From Podarcis tiliguerta (Eukaryota): 64,000 nucleotides of DNA. The notes below the pieces were generated by a model. The model worked only from the letters and a program-made list of their open reading frames with translations, had not been told where the DNA came from and ran no database searches. This document shows positions 1 to 12,489 of this stretch, one piece after another. The DNA lies in assembly GCA_965153285.1 (NCBI GenBank), contig OZ229114.1. One strand, written 5' to 3'. The stretch's first letter is position 1. The number at the start of each line of letters is the position of its first letter. A program made the position numbers and the translations under genes.

Positions 1-729
1 GGAAACTAATGACAGCACAGCTTTATAATTAAGAGTACAACAAAAATTCCACCCTTAACGTAGATAGGAATGCTAGCAGACAGCGATGCAAGAACAGCAC
101 CTTGGAACATAATAAAAGAGCTTGAATTGTCCATGAGATCACAGACCTATCAATTTGTTTGTTTGTTTGTATTTATACCCTACATACAAACCAAAGTTTT
201 TGAGGCAATTTACAATAAGTTTAAAACACAATAAAATGGACAGTGATGCCCTAACAGGGCAAAAGTATATATAAGTCCCCCCTCTATTTCTTTTCTGGTG
301 TTCCAACAAATGCTGTTCTGCAGTTGAATCTCCTAGCAGTTGAAGCAGCTAGATATTAGTCCCACATAAATGAGGATGTCCTTATTAGGTGGCTACTGCT
401 GGTGTTTCTCACAGCCTCAGCCCTGGCCGCAGATACAGGAGATGGTGGGTGGAGCAAAGATGTAACATACCTTCCTCCCCGTTCTCAGATATTCCCATTT
501 AGTTTAAAAACAAAAACAAAAAAACTTGGCCGGTCACTGAAGGAGAATTCTACCACTAATCTCCCTACCGAAACCAGTTTTTAACATACTTACTTTCTGA
601 TTTGTTTTGAGTGATATGCAAACTCTTCTGGGTACATGCCAACATCTATTTCTTCATATGAGTATAACTCTGGTCATAGCTCAACAGCTTTATGATCTAT
701 AATGGCTGTCTTTGAATGTTAGGCTGAAC

Positions 730-851
730 CAGGACTGGGGAATCTGTGGCTCTTCGATGCTGTTGGCTGTATGACCATTGGCTAAGATGGCTGGGGCTGA
801 TGGGAGTTAGTGTCTAACAAAATCTGAAGGGCCACAGGTCTCCCATCCCTG
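730..851. mobile_element. About 125 bp palindromic hAT-like MITE
   Basis: caggactggggaatctgtggc ... ggccacaggtctcccatccctg; family copies at 3269, 4492, 20657, 50529, 57217, 59030. Confidence 0.7.
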
Positions 852-3268
852 CCCTTAAACCATAGATTAGGGTTACACGGCTGAGCCTTAGGGTGATGCA
901 CCTCCTCTGCTGCAGTGTGGCCACGAGGAGGTGATCAGAAGCATTTACTTCTGTTTTGAACTAATCACAGCTTGTCATCTAGTCCAGAACAAACTGTGAT
1001 CAGTTTTCACCAAACAAACCAAGCTCAAGCTGTCGTTTCTGATCCTGGTTTGTTTATAATAAGCATAGCTAGAATTAACTGCAGCTCCCAGTTTGAACGA
1101 AAGGACAAGCAGTAGTTAGTTTAAAATGGAAATGGAGGCTTCTGATCTCCATTTAGTGGATTTAGTGTCTAACCCAAGTCAGATCTCAAAATATGTGACT
1201 CACCAGGATGTAGATTACAGTTTCAAACTGATTTGTAGAGCACTATTTGAGCCGACTATGGCTTGCTGTTGTGTATGTATTCACAGACCATTGGCAGACC
1301 ACAGTTAGGGCCATTACTTTGCCTCAAGAGACTGTCACATCATAGAAATAGGAGTAAATTTATGAAGCTGAATGCTCAGCAAATGGGAAACAAAAAGGCT
1401 AATCAAAACCTCTGTTTGCCTCTTGTAAGTCTGGAAGCTTAAACTATGATGTGGGTTCTTAATTAAGGTTAGAAGAAGCCTTGGTTTTGTAGTACTTCTG
1501 AATTTAGTCAATGTCTTCAGCATCAATACTTTAATCTTAGACCTAGAATCAGTTGTGTGGGTATGTGTTGAAAAAGAGGCCATGGTCCGTTCTTGTATTC
1601 TCGAGTTTAAATGTGAGAGTACTGTGTAGTTTAATGTGATTTACTGTTCTAGCAATTGAAATAAGGGTTCCCCGCCACAGCCTATAATTCCTTTATCTAT
1701 TATTTTTTTGAAGTAATAAACTCAGCAGGCATTTTCTCAGTGAAAGCCAAGGCAGTATTTAAGGGATGTCTATATGCAGCAGACTGTGTATGGCCAATTT
1801 GTCCTGGTTTTCTGCCCCATTTGTGTCATTTCACTGCATAGCATTCATACTTGGTCTCAAAATTGAATCCTTGAATCTTCAATACACTGAGTAAAAGCTA
1901 AGTCTCATGATAGTTTCCTCACCACTCACTCACTCATTCATTATAATTTTGGTTTAAATATTTTTCTTTAGTTAGCGGTAGGTCAAATTCATTTGCACAG
2001 TAAACCACCTACAGTTTCTGAATAGCTTATGACTTAAGTAAAAGCTCTGTAACTGATATGACTCTAGAATGTGGTGATCTAAAATTACAGTATTTATATG
2101 AACTGCCTCAGCAGCCCAGCCCCTATTAGAATTTAAACCTAGTTGGACTGTGAACAGTAAAGCAACCATATGGAAATACACTGGCTTGGTTCAAATATAA
2201 CACTAAACCATGGTTTGAGGCTATATGAATGAGCCTTATGCTATACCTTCTCTTGTCTCCTTGTATTCTCTGCTTTCCTCCTGATTTAGTAGCAAACCAT
2301 AGTTTGCCATTACACCCAAATTAGGCAAAACATTGTTGTGAACCCAGTTCAAATCTTGCATGCAATCCCAGTGTGCAGACAAATTATAGTTTTCTCTGTT
2401 CAGTAAACTGTGGTTTATCAAGGTATGTGAGAATTGACCGGACACAGGAGTAAGGGAAGGAGGGAGCTTATGAGTTCATTAATCAATCAAATCATGGCAT
2501 TGTGGTGAACTGATGCTACCTAGCCCTTGCAATCAACCCCTCCCCCCCACAGCTGACATAATATTAGCAACTGGATACGTTGGGCTTTCCAAAGCTATCC
2601 TGAACTATCTGTTTTTGCGGTTGTGCTGGAGGTACTGATCTTAAATGGACTGCCTCAGAACAATCAGCAGTAATGACAGATTCAGTTGTAACAATGTCAT
2701 ATATGTTCAAGATAATATGCATCCTGTTTCACTTTTCCACGGAATGCCCAGATGCAAATGTTGGATGGAAATGATAACGGTACAACCTGGTGTCTGTTGG
2801 ACCCACCAGCCACAGGCAAACAAGAAACAGTATAATAGCCAGAGAACTGCTGCATATGAATGATATGTTTAAGTATCCCCAATGGGCTCACCTGTTTCTG
2901 CTATACAAAGCAGGGCACAGTCTGACTTCCTACATTTTGTATCAGATTAGTGGGTGGGGTGGGAAGAGATTCCTTCAATACAGAGGACTGCTGCAGACAT
3001 TTTAGTGACGTCAAATGACTGACTTTATGCTGCAGTTCATACCCAGCAAGCAGTTGTGGCATACTGGAAATCTATATTTAAGTTTGGGATCTGGGACCTG
3101 CCTCTGGATTTTAAAGTCAATTGCCATCATTTCTATTCAATTATACTGCCTCTCAAAAATCAAACTCTGACATTTATAATTCTCACAAAATATAATGGCC
3201 TGCAAAAACAAAACACTCTGTGCTGAAGGGCATCACAAATTGCCCACCATTGGACTTATAGAAATAGT

Positions 3269-3407
3269 CAGGGAATAGGCAGAAATGGAGAATTTGTGAT
3301 CCTTCAAATGTTGTTCCATCATCCCTGCTTGTTGACCATGCTAACTACTTGGGCTGATAGGAGTTGGAGTCAGACAACATCTGGATGGCCACAAGTTGCC
3401 ATTCTTG
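3269..3407. mobile_element. Palindromic hAT-like MITE copy
   Basis: ggagttggagtcagacaacatctggatggccacaagttgcc arm. Confidence 0.6.
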
Positions 3408-4491
3408 CTGTATGCTTAATACTTGATTTTCTTAACCTGGTGAAATAGCTTGCTCTAATCGATTTAGTCTGGAGGCCTGGAATGGGCTGAAGAAATGTTC
3501 TGAATTCCTATAAACCAGGTTGAATTTTTAGGTCCTTGGGCAATTGGACTTCTGGGATTTATCCCCCAGCCCTGCTGTAAAAGATTTGGGTTGAGCAAAT
3601 TTTCATACACAAAAGCAGTATATTTGCCAGAGACTGAAGATGGTGCTTTTCATCCGTAAACCAGACTTGGAACAGTGACGCAACTGGCCCTAGCCTTCAA
3701 CCCAGCCTTCACTGAGAGGCATCTCTGTTCAAATCCTGGGTCCGGAATTATGGCTTTCCCTACAACTCACAATGCTCTCCTTGGTGTGAAATGCAAACAT
3801 CCACTTCCCAGGGGCCAATTTTCCAACCAGGGTGGGAAACAGCGCACACATGAATTATTGGTATCTTTCTGTGCTTCTGTCGTTAGTGGTCCCTACCATT
3901 TCCTCCTTTGGTGCTGGTGGGGGAATACTGTAAATCCTGGAAATATACACATCTCCTTGCTCAAGATTTGTTCTCTCTGCACATCAAATGTCTCCATTGC
4001 AGGACCTGAAGGGACCAGGCGAAGTTCTTCTGTAGCTCTTCTGTTTACAATTTATGATGCATACCCAGAGAGCCATTCACTCTCAGGCTGGCGGAGATCT
4101 ATGAAAATAGCATCATAGTGCATATATCTGTGTATGTAAAGATTTTTTGAGCAGTGGTTAATATGCTAATTGTCCATAACTCTGCTAATATGATGGACTT
4201 TCCTATTCGCTTCTACTTTTTGGTAATAAATTAGCATTAAATACTTGGCAGGTATATTTTAAAGAGTTTGATTGGCTTCTCTACAAGTAGGAACGGTAGT
4301 TTGGTATTTGGGGCCACCAGCAAAGCCAGGGAAGAGGGTTGCAGAGAAGGCAAAGGACAGTACTGTAGCTGTTGAGACTTAGGCAGGGCAGCAAGGAGGA
4401 AAGACCAGGTAGAGCTAGAACAACATGGATACAGAGCTGCAGTAGTAATAAGATTAATGTATTACATTTGTATCTGGTCCTATCTCTTAGC

Positions 4492-4625
4492 CAGGGCTGG
4501 GGAATTTGTGGGTCTCCAGATATTGCTGGGGTCCAGCTTCCTTCATCCCTAGCCAGCATGGCCAGTGTTTAGGAATGATGGCAGTTGGAGTCCAACCACA
4601 TCAGAAAGGCCACAGGTTCCCTACA
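4492..4625. mobile_element. Palindromic hAT-like MITE copy
   Basis: cagggctggggaatttgtggg...ggccacaggttccc. Confidence 0.65.
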
Positions 4626-4732
4626 TGATTCTAAGGAATTCATAGTGGTGTTTTAGACTCACAACAAAGTTCATCCCTGTAATGGATGCCTTTGCAAGCT
4701 ACAAATTGGATCATTGTTAAAATGCAGAATGA

Positions 4733-5006
4733 AGGACAGATCATGAAGCTGAGGCTCCAATACTTTGGCCACCTCATGAGAAGAGAAGACTCCCTGGAAA
4801 AGACCCTGATGTTGGGAAAGATTGAGGGCACAAGGAGAAGGGGACGACAGAGGACGAGATGGTTGGACAGTGTTCTCGAAGCTACAAACATGAGTCTGAC
4901 CAAACTGCGGGAGGCAGTGGAGGACAGAAGTGCCTGGCGTGCTCTGGTCCATGGGGTCACCAAGAGTCGGACACGACTAAATGACTAAACAACAACAACA
5001 ACAACA
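4733..5006 (+). mobile_element. Bov-B (RTE) LINE, 5'-truncated 3' end
   Basis: KLRLQYFGHLMRREDSLEKTLMLGKIEGTRRRGRQRTRWLD...VHGVTKSRTRLND followed by an (AAC)n tail. Confidence 0.93.
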
Positions 5007-6324
5007 TTGAAGACAACTCAAAAGATCCTGCTGGTTCAGAATGGAGCAGTGTGGCTATTAACTGGCACTGGTTGCTTGGGCATTTTATGTTGATGTTAAG
5101 TGGTGCTTGCAGAGGCATTATCTTAAAAGATTCAGGGCACAAGCCCATTGTACAACTTTTGCATAAAATATGCATATGCACTTATATTTATTTATGTAAA
5201 TTTGGGAATTTGAGCAAATTACAATTGTGGGTCATTAGGGCCTCACCAGCATTATGCTTTGCAGCTTGTCTAGCAGTTCTGGAAGCAACGTAAAATGAAA
5301 ATCTTAAGGTTTTTAGTTTAAAAACCCCACTGCTCAGACCTCCTGACCCACCCCCTAACAAAGCATCAGTGGCATTGATACTTAAAACCCTAAGTGGTCT
5401 GGGTCCAGGCTAACTAAGAAGGTTACCTTCTCCTTTATTCACCTCCCTGCACATCAATATCTCCAGGTACTTCCCTTGGCAGAAACCAGGTTGATGATTA
5501 GTAGGAACAGTGTCTTCTCGGTGGTAGTACCTCTTTTTTGGAATAGTATTCCCTCTCCAGCCCAAAGACCTAGCTCCTTACTGGCATTCTAAAAGCAAGC
5601 TAATATTTTATTTTACCATTCTTTAGGGGGATAGTGTCAGTTGCTTTCATCTGTGCTGTTCGTTTTGATACATTAATTTTATTTATTTGTTTTACATATT
5701 GTATTTTAAATATACTATGCTTTTATGCACTAAGCTGCACAGAAATGGTTTGAATGTGCAGAACAATGTAATGAGACAGATTTGAGAGCTGGAAAAATAA
5801 GCCATGTGGTAAGTTCATCTACAATCTGCTGATCAAGCAAATATAAAATGATGCGTCAAAGCTTTTGCAGGCAGAATTCAGTGGGCATCAAAGGGCTCTA
5901 TATTCAGAAATAAAAAAATGGATAAAGAATCAACATGTAGGGATTTAAAGTTGGATGAACGTGGATTCCAAAGGATTTTTTTAATGGGGGAAGGCAGTTT
6001 AGAGAGTTGGATTCTGTACACTTTCTGGTTTGCAAAATTTAAACCAAGCGCTTTTCCATATGGGTTTAATTCAGGAGCTGAGAGTCTAATTTCAGCATTT
6101 CCAATAGCCCTAATCCAGTGTGTGTGGTGCTTCAGATAAAGCTGGTCGCTACCATTTCCCATGGTTGGCAGGGACCAGTATGAACTGTATTATCATGGTG
6201 CACTCACCACAATGAGATGTCCTGGAGAAAAAAGTTGATCACTTTTGCCTAAAGTACCCCCTCATCCTGCCAACTGTGTCCTACAGGAAGCTGCTGTTCT
6301 GGTGAGTCTTGGTTCCTGATTTAT

Positions 6325-6510
6325 AAGAAGCTGCCTTATACCAGGTGGAATTATTTGTTCAACTAGCCCAGTATTACTCCCAAAGGCAGTGTTTCTTTGT
6401 GGTCTAAGGCAGAGGGCTTTCACATCACCTGCTGCCTTATGAAGACACCCGGGTTTGAGCCTGGGACCTTCTTTATGCAAAGTGTGTACCCTCCATATGC
6501 ACTGCAGGCT
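6325..6510 (-). mobile_element. Squam3-like SINE (degenerate)
   Basis: gaagctgccttatacc...gggtttgagcctgggaccttctttatgcaaag. Confidence 0.55.
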
Positions 6511-6842
6511 TGCTTTAAACCCACTGCTCCTGCTCAAAAAACACTCCCACTTACAAATGCTCTATGGAGACTTTTTACATTATGAAGGAGATTGCTTTGT
6601 GAAATGGTTCAGATATGTACAGAGTTGTATGTCGCTACTGGATCTGTTGGGGAAGCATGTCGGCAAGTGCCACATGCCTATATACTCGGTATGGTGTGGC
6701 ACATCAGGACCTGAGATTCAGCGTGTGGTGACATGGCAGAGGGCATTTCCACTACTAGCACCTGTTTATGGAATTCCCTCCCATTCCAAATAAGGCTGGT
6801 ACTTACTATTGTGAATTTTTGGTGCCACTTAAAGACCTACTA

Positions 6843-7140
6843 GGGACGCGGGTGGCACTGTGGGTTAAACCACAGAGCCTAGGACTTGCCGATTAGAAGG
6901 TCGGCAGTTTGAATCCCCACGACAGGGTGAGCTCCCGTTGCTCTGTCCTTGCTCCTGCCAACCTAGCAGTTCGAAAGCACGTCAAAGTGCAAGTAGATAA
7001 ATAGGTTAGCCAGAAGCATATGCTGGCCACATGACCCAGAAGCTGTACGCCGGCTCCCTCGGCCAATAAAGCAAGATGAGCGCCGCAACTCCAGAGTCAG
7101 CCACGACTAGACCTAATGGTCAGGGGTCCCTTTACCTTTA
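6843..7140 (+). mobile_element. Sauria SINE inserted in an older LINE 3' fragment
   Basis: gggacgcgggtggc...gttcgaaagcacgtcaaagtgcaagtagataaatagg...ccctttaccttta; flanked by near-identical TSD aaagacctact/aaaaacctact. Confidence 0.9.
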
Positions 7141-8569
7141 AAAACCTACTTGTTTACCCGGACCTTTTGGTGTTTTGTTGTCCACTTAGTCTGTTCCGAT
7201 GAAATGTTACTGCTCTCATCGATGTTTATTTTTATTTGGTTTTCTAGTGTTTTTTATGTTTTTATTTTGTAATGCCACTTAATGTAATTAAAATATTTAA
7301 ACAGTTTACATAGAACAATTAAAATACAACATTCAATTTAAGTACAAAATTGAGCAAAACATTCAATAAAAGCTAGGTGAAAATAAGCTAAAAACAACAA
7401 CACAGCAGTATATCGCAAATAAAACTGAACAGTGTAAAACAATAATAATAAAAATTAAGAATCAGTCTCCAGGAAAACTTGGCGGACGAAATAAGATTTT
7501 TAAAAACCTTAAAATATCATTATTGTCTCTATTATTGAAATTGCTCTGGAATACCTTTTTGGAAATAGAGTGGGCTATGAATAATTTTAAATAAATATTT
7601 CAGAAATAGCCTGTACCAAGAAAATCAAATAAAAAAGTTAAGGCAAAGTGAATGGTGAGAATTAGATGCTAAGGGAGAATTATGTACACCTTTTCTTTTG
7701 CCTGCTGACTTTCCTCTGTAGGCACTCCATTTGCATTATGGGAGAAACATGGGGTGGGGAGTACAATGATTCCCATCTAATGTCTGGTTTCATTCCTAGT
7801 TTGAATCCCAATGAGGATTCTGCAGTTGTGGAAGAATGAGGTGGCAGTAGAATGGGCTGTACCACCTCAGGCTGGAGACTGTCTTAGAAACAGTCTTTGG
7901 ATTACATTTCTGTATTCTCCCTGTTAAAAACAAATAAATTCCTTGCAAGTAGTCCAGCAGGGTCCAGGCTCAGCTAGAACCTGTCTCTGCAGTGTGTATG
8001 TGTTTTTAAGTTGCAGCGTTTGTATGTGTGTTTTTGCAAGGCTGAGAATTCAGAAATGGTATCTTCTCCCCACAGCCTGAACTGGTGCAGTCCATTCTCC
8101 CGCTACCTCCTTCTGCTGCATGTGTTATAACTGGTCTAAATTTTGGCAGGGTCTCAAGACAGTGCTTGTTATAACCAGTTAAATATGGCGGTGTGCTATG
8201 GGGGTGGGTGTTCTGTTGAATTCTGTGAGACCCACTTGCTGACTTTTAATTGTTTGATTTCCATCCATGCTCATGCGTGATATATAGAGACCTGGAACTG
8301 GTCAATTAAAACTAAACTGCTGATAGTTTAATTTGTTGGGTGATGTTTCCTGGGAGAGATGAACATTCTCTCACCATCCAATCATCTCTGGATATGTGTG
8401 TACAGTTGGATATACTCCATGACGTTTTGTAGATTCAGCTTAGGACCATCCGCTGTGCAATGTCCACCTCCCTCCTGCCCTTTACAATGTTGCTACTGTT
8501 GGGGGCCCTCCTCCCATCACCCTCCAGCAGGGGGGACGCAGTAAGTTTGTGTGACCTTAGCACTAAATT

Positions 8570-9140
8570 CAGACTGCAGGAGTTACCTTCTATAATGATG
8601 TCAACTGATTAGGTTAGCGGGGCTGGTGGCAGCCACGATAAGACGTGACATGTTCTAATGATTTGCTTTAGCAGGAGCGCAGGAGCAATGAGGAGGAAGA
8701 GGCAGGAAAGGCGGGGGGCCCACAGGTGCCGACAAAGACTTTGACCTTTGCTGCTATAATATCAGTTATTCACAGGCCAGGCGGTTCGGTAACCCACTTC
8801 CAGACCATCAAAAATTGATTTAATTGCAATTTCCCCCCCAATTCAGAGCACTGGAGCTTGACTAATTGGAGTAATAGAGAGTAATAAGGCTCTGATTAAA
8901 AAAAAGCTTTCCTCTGCCTCCTTTTGTATCCTGTGTCATTGCCTGTCAGAGGTCAGGGAGCCTGCATATTCTATTAGGCCGAGTTGCCTTCATTTGGACA
9001 AATTAGTTTACCCAACAGTAATTAAAATGCCAATGTGGGTCGGGAAGAGCTGAATGCAATTGATGGGCAAGTTGGTGAAGGATTTGACAGCTTTGGTGGC
9101 CGCCCTTGCCAGAGCGTGTCGGTGCGGACTCAAAGGCTGC
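8570..9140. promoter_or_regulatory. Candidate conserved enhancer in an FBXW4 intron
   Basis: TE-free, retained CpGs, dense TAAT/TGACA/CTTTG/GATA motifs; FBXW4 introns are known to host FGF8 enhancers. Confidence 0.55.
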
Positions 9141-9539
9141 ACCAGTTTGGGTCTATGTGGCTAGCACAGCTCTGGGGTTGAAAGAGGCTCAGGAAAAGTG
9201 TCCTTCTCTTTGGTCTCCTCTCTCTGTGCGCTCAGTTCCTCCCCTTGTTTCTTTATGACACTTGGGTTCATTCCTCCCTGACGCCCAGACTCTTTGTCCC
9301 AACGAGACCGCCCTCAGCCCCCTTTGCCGTACCCCCCATTTCCCAGCTGCTGGGCTCTTGCTAAGTAATAGGTTCTTTGTTTCTTGGTTCGATGATCCTT
9401 CATATAGAATAATTTCCAAAATGCGATGATAACATCCAGTTTAAAGGGTGTGGGGATAGGCGGGAGAGAAGAACAGAGATAGAAGCTTGTGTGATGCAGC
9501 CAGATTCTGGAGTCCCATATGCAAAAAACTGTGCAGGAC

Positions 9540-9577
9540 TGTTGGGTTAATAGAGTAGTGTTGGGTTAATAGAGTAG
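9540..9577 (+). repeat. 19-bp perfect tandem duplication
   Basis: tgttgggttaatagagtag x2. Confidence 0.9.
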
Positions 9578-10084
9578 AATGGGTAGAATTATGGGATAAA
9601 ATGGAGAAGAACTGAAACATGGTTAATTTGGATGCAGGTGCAAGAGACAGGGTAGCACATTAAGCCTTAGTTCTAAAACAACTGACAACCTGGAAGTAGT
9701 CTTGGTACCTGGAAATAAAGTGTAATACCTGCAGGGCATATGCTATATTTTGGATGCTTTTGGTTGCCTGGGGTTCATCAACAGTACATCAAGGCTGAGA
9801 ATATATTCAAGTGGCAACTTTAATCTTTATTTTCCTTTTATGGCAAACAATGAACAATTTGCCTGCTTCTGTCGGCCTGGCTTATCCTATAGTGCACTGT
9901 ATATCTAGGTTCTAGAGCTGTAATAGTTGTATTGGTTCATATGGGGAGAGGCGGCCCTTGAGGTATTGTAGTCTTGAATCGTTTAAGGCTTTATAGGTCA
10001 AAACCAGAACTTGAATTCAGCCCAGAAACTAATTGGCAGCCAGTGCAGTCAGGCCAGGACGGGTGTAATATGCTCACGTTTACC

Positions 10085-10865
10085 ACTGGCAAGCCAAGTG
10101 TTCCCCATCTTATGTTTGTGCAGCCTGCCTAAGTGTTAAACCTGACATTTGTCTCTATTGAAATTCATTTTGTTAGATTTGGTGTTATCTGCAGGTGTGT
10201 TGAGTATTCACTCAATTCCTTCATCCAAGTCTCTTATAAAGACATTGGACAACAACGGGCCCAGGACAGAACCCTGTGTTCTTTTGCTACTTTTTCCCAG
10301 GATGCCAAGGAAATGTTAGTGAGCATTCTTTGGGTTTGGCCAGCCAGCGAGCTACAAATCCACCTAACAGTTACCTAGTCCAGTCCATATTTTACCAGCT
10401 TCTCCACAAAAATACCAGGGGGAATTTTTCAAAAGCCTGACTGAAATTGAGATACACTGCATCCATAGCATTCCCCTGATCCACTAAGCTTGTAATTCTA
10501 CAAAAGGAAAAGAAAAAGAAAGTATATTCGTCTGGCATGACTTGTTTTTGAAAAACCCATGCTGGGTCTTAGTAATCACAGTATCTTTTCCCAAGTGTTC
10601 ACACACAAACTGTTTAATTGTCTGCTCTAGGACCTTCCCTGGTATTGATGTCAAGCTTACCAGTCAGTGGTTACCTGGGTCTTCCTTTCCCCCCCTTTTG
10701 AAGATGGGGACAACATTTGCCCGTCTCCAGTCTGTAGGGACCTCACCTGTACTTCAAGAACTCTCAAAGATCATAGACAAAGGCTCTGAAATTGCACCCA
10801 AAAGCTCCTTTAGTACCCTTGGATGCAGCTCATCAGGCCATGGAGATTTGAATTCATTTAAAGCA
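10085..10865 (-). mobile_element. CR1 LINE reverse-transcriptase fragment
   Basis: Antisense CR1 ORF2 motifs (ggcccaggacagaaccctg, gacttgtttttgaaaaacccatgctgg, cctcacctg); degenerate. Confidence 0.8.
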
Positions 10866-12489
10866 GCTAAAAAGTTGAAAATGTGGATAGCCCCTTTATG
10901 CTCTCAAAAAATAGTAACAAAGCCATAATTTTAGAATTGAATGTGCATGAAATGGCACCAGTCTCTTTAACCTCAACAATAGAAACATTCCAATTATGAG
11001 ATTTCCTACAGACCCTTTTCTGCACTAGGTTGGCAGGATACATAGTAGGTCAGGATCTGTTTAGCTAGAGGGAAGTGGTGCAAAGCTAAGGAGCAATGTG
11101 GAAGTCAACTGCCGAGAAATTTCTAATCCCTACCACAGACTGGCTTGGAGGCTGTACCAGCAGAGTGGCAGGGATTAGTGCTGGTGATCTCTACCCACTT
11201 CTCCTTTCTTATTGGCATACCTTGATGTTAATTTAGACCTGTGCAGTCTCTGGAGGGATGCTACATACTTCTTCTGAAAGATCTGTATGCCTGTATAGAC
11301 AGAGCAAGGGGGAGAGGGAGCAAAAACCTTTAAAACCCAATTGCCCACTTCAGTGATTTCCAAGCTGCTATTATGTTTCTGACCACAGTAATTGGCGTTA
11401 CTATTTACTAATGGCTTATGGTAAAGGGGGGAAAGAGACAAAAACCCAGCACCTCACTTTGTAGTTCTGGGCTGCTGAAGATTGCTTGCCGACTTTGAAA
11501 TGTGTGTCAGTTGATATGATGTCTATCCTTAATTTTTTTTATTTCAAAATATTTATATTTCACGTTTCCATATTAAGAGCTTGTCAGTGATCTGACATCT
11601 CACCTTTGATAGCCTGTGAGGAGTGGAGCAGATTCTTATCATGGGCACCAGGTCAGCAGCTTGGACCTTCAATTAGACCTCAAGGGAACCTGCTAGCTGG
11701 TTGATAGAAATCAATCACTTCTGGCTTTTAATCCTCCATCAACAGTGGGGCCAAGCACAATAACACTTTTTTTTTGTATTCCTGGTGAGGAATTAATTGC
11801 CATGTGATATTTTAGGGCTCTCCTCAGTTTAGTTAAAAACCTATGGTTTTACTCTTATGGTTGGTGGTTACAAATTTATCTCTGTTGGAATAACAGAGAA
11901 AATGAAGAACTATGCTTGTAAGGCGATGGGGTGAAAGCAGCCTTGTCAGATGCTCTTGATTCATTAGTTACTTGTCATGTCAACAGGTACTTACCTCAGA
12001 ACCTATTCTGTCCATTTTGTGTGAGAAAAACGCATATAGAGTGGGGAAAATTGAATGATAGTCATAAAATTTTACTCAGGGTAGACCTCTTGAAATCAAT
12101 GGATATAACATAGACATGTTCATGAATTTCAATGCGTCTATTCTGAGTAAAATATAGTTGAATACCACCCATTATTTTGACTATTTTCATATTGGGTGAA
12201 TCATTCACTTTCCTTAACATTACCACAAATGACATTGGGGATCAATAGCATGTTTACAAAAACCTTGTACAAACCTGATTTTTTAAAAGCATTTTTCTGC
12301 AGCTGAAACATTGCTTCTGACCCACCAAAACAGTTGTTTTTTTTAATCAAACTATCATTTCGTACAAAGTTTACTGATTGCTTTTGGGGTCACTGAGCCC
12401 CCAGATGGATCTGCATATGTTTACAAGCACCTAGGACTCTTACTTTGACAGGTGGCAGACTTAATGACAGCTCTCAGTCAAGGACCTTG

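Noticed and set aside
3675-4118. 147-aa ORF
   Set aside because: GTG start, no recognisable domain, intronic; chance ORF.
4640-4963. Minus-strand ORFs of 107 and 93 aa
   Set aside because: Antisense frames of the Bov-B fragment.
10542-10928. 128-aa ORF
   Set aside because: Antisense frame of a CR1 fragment.
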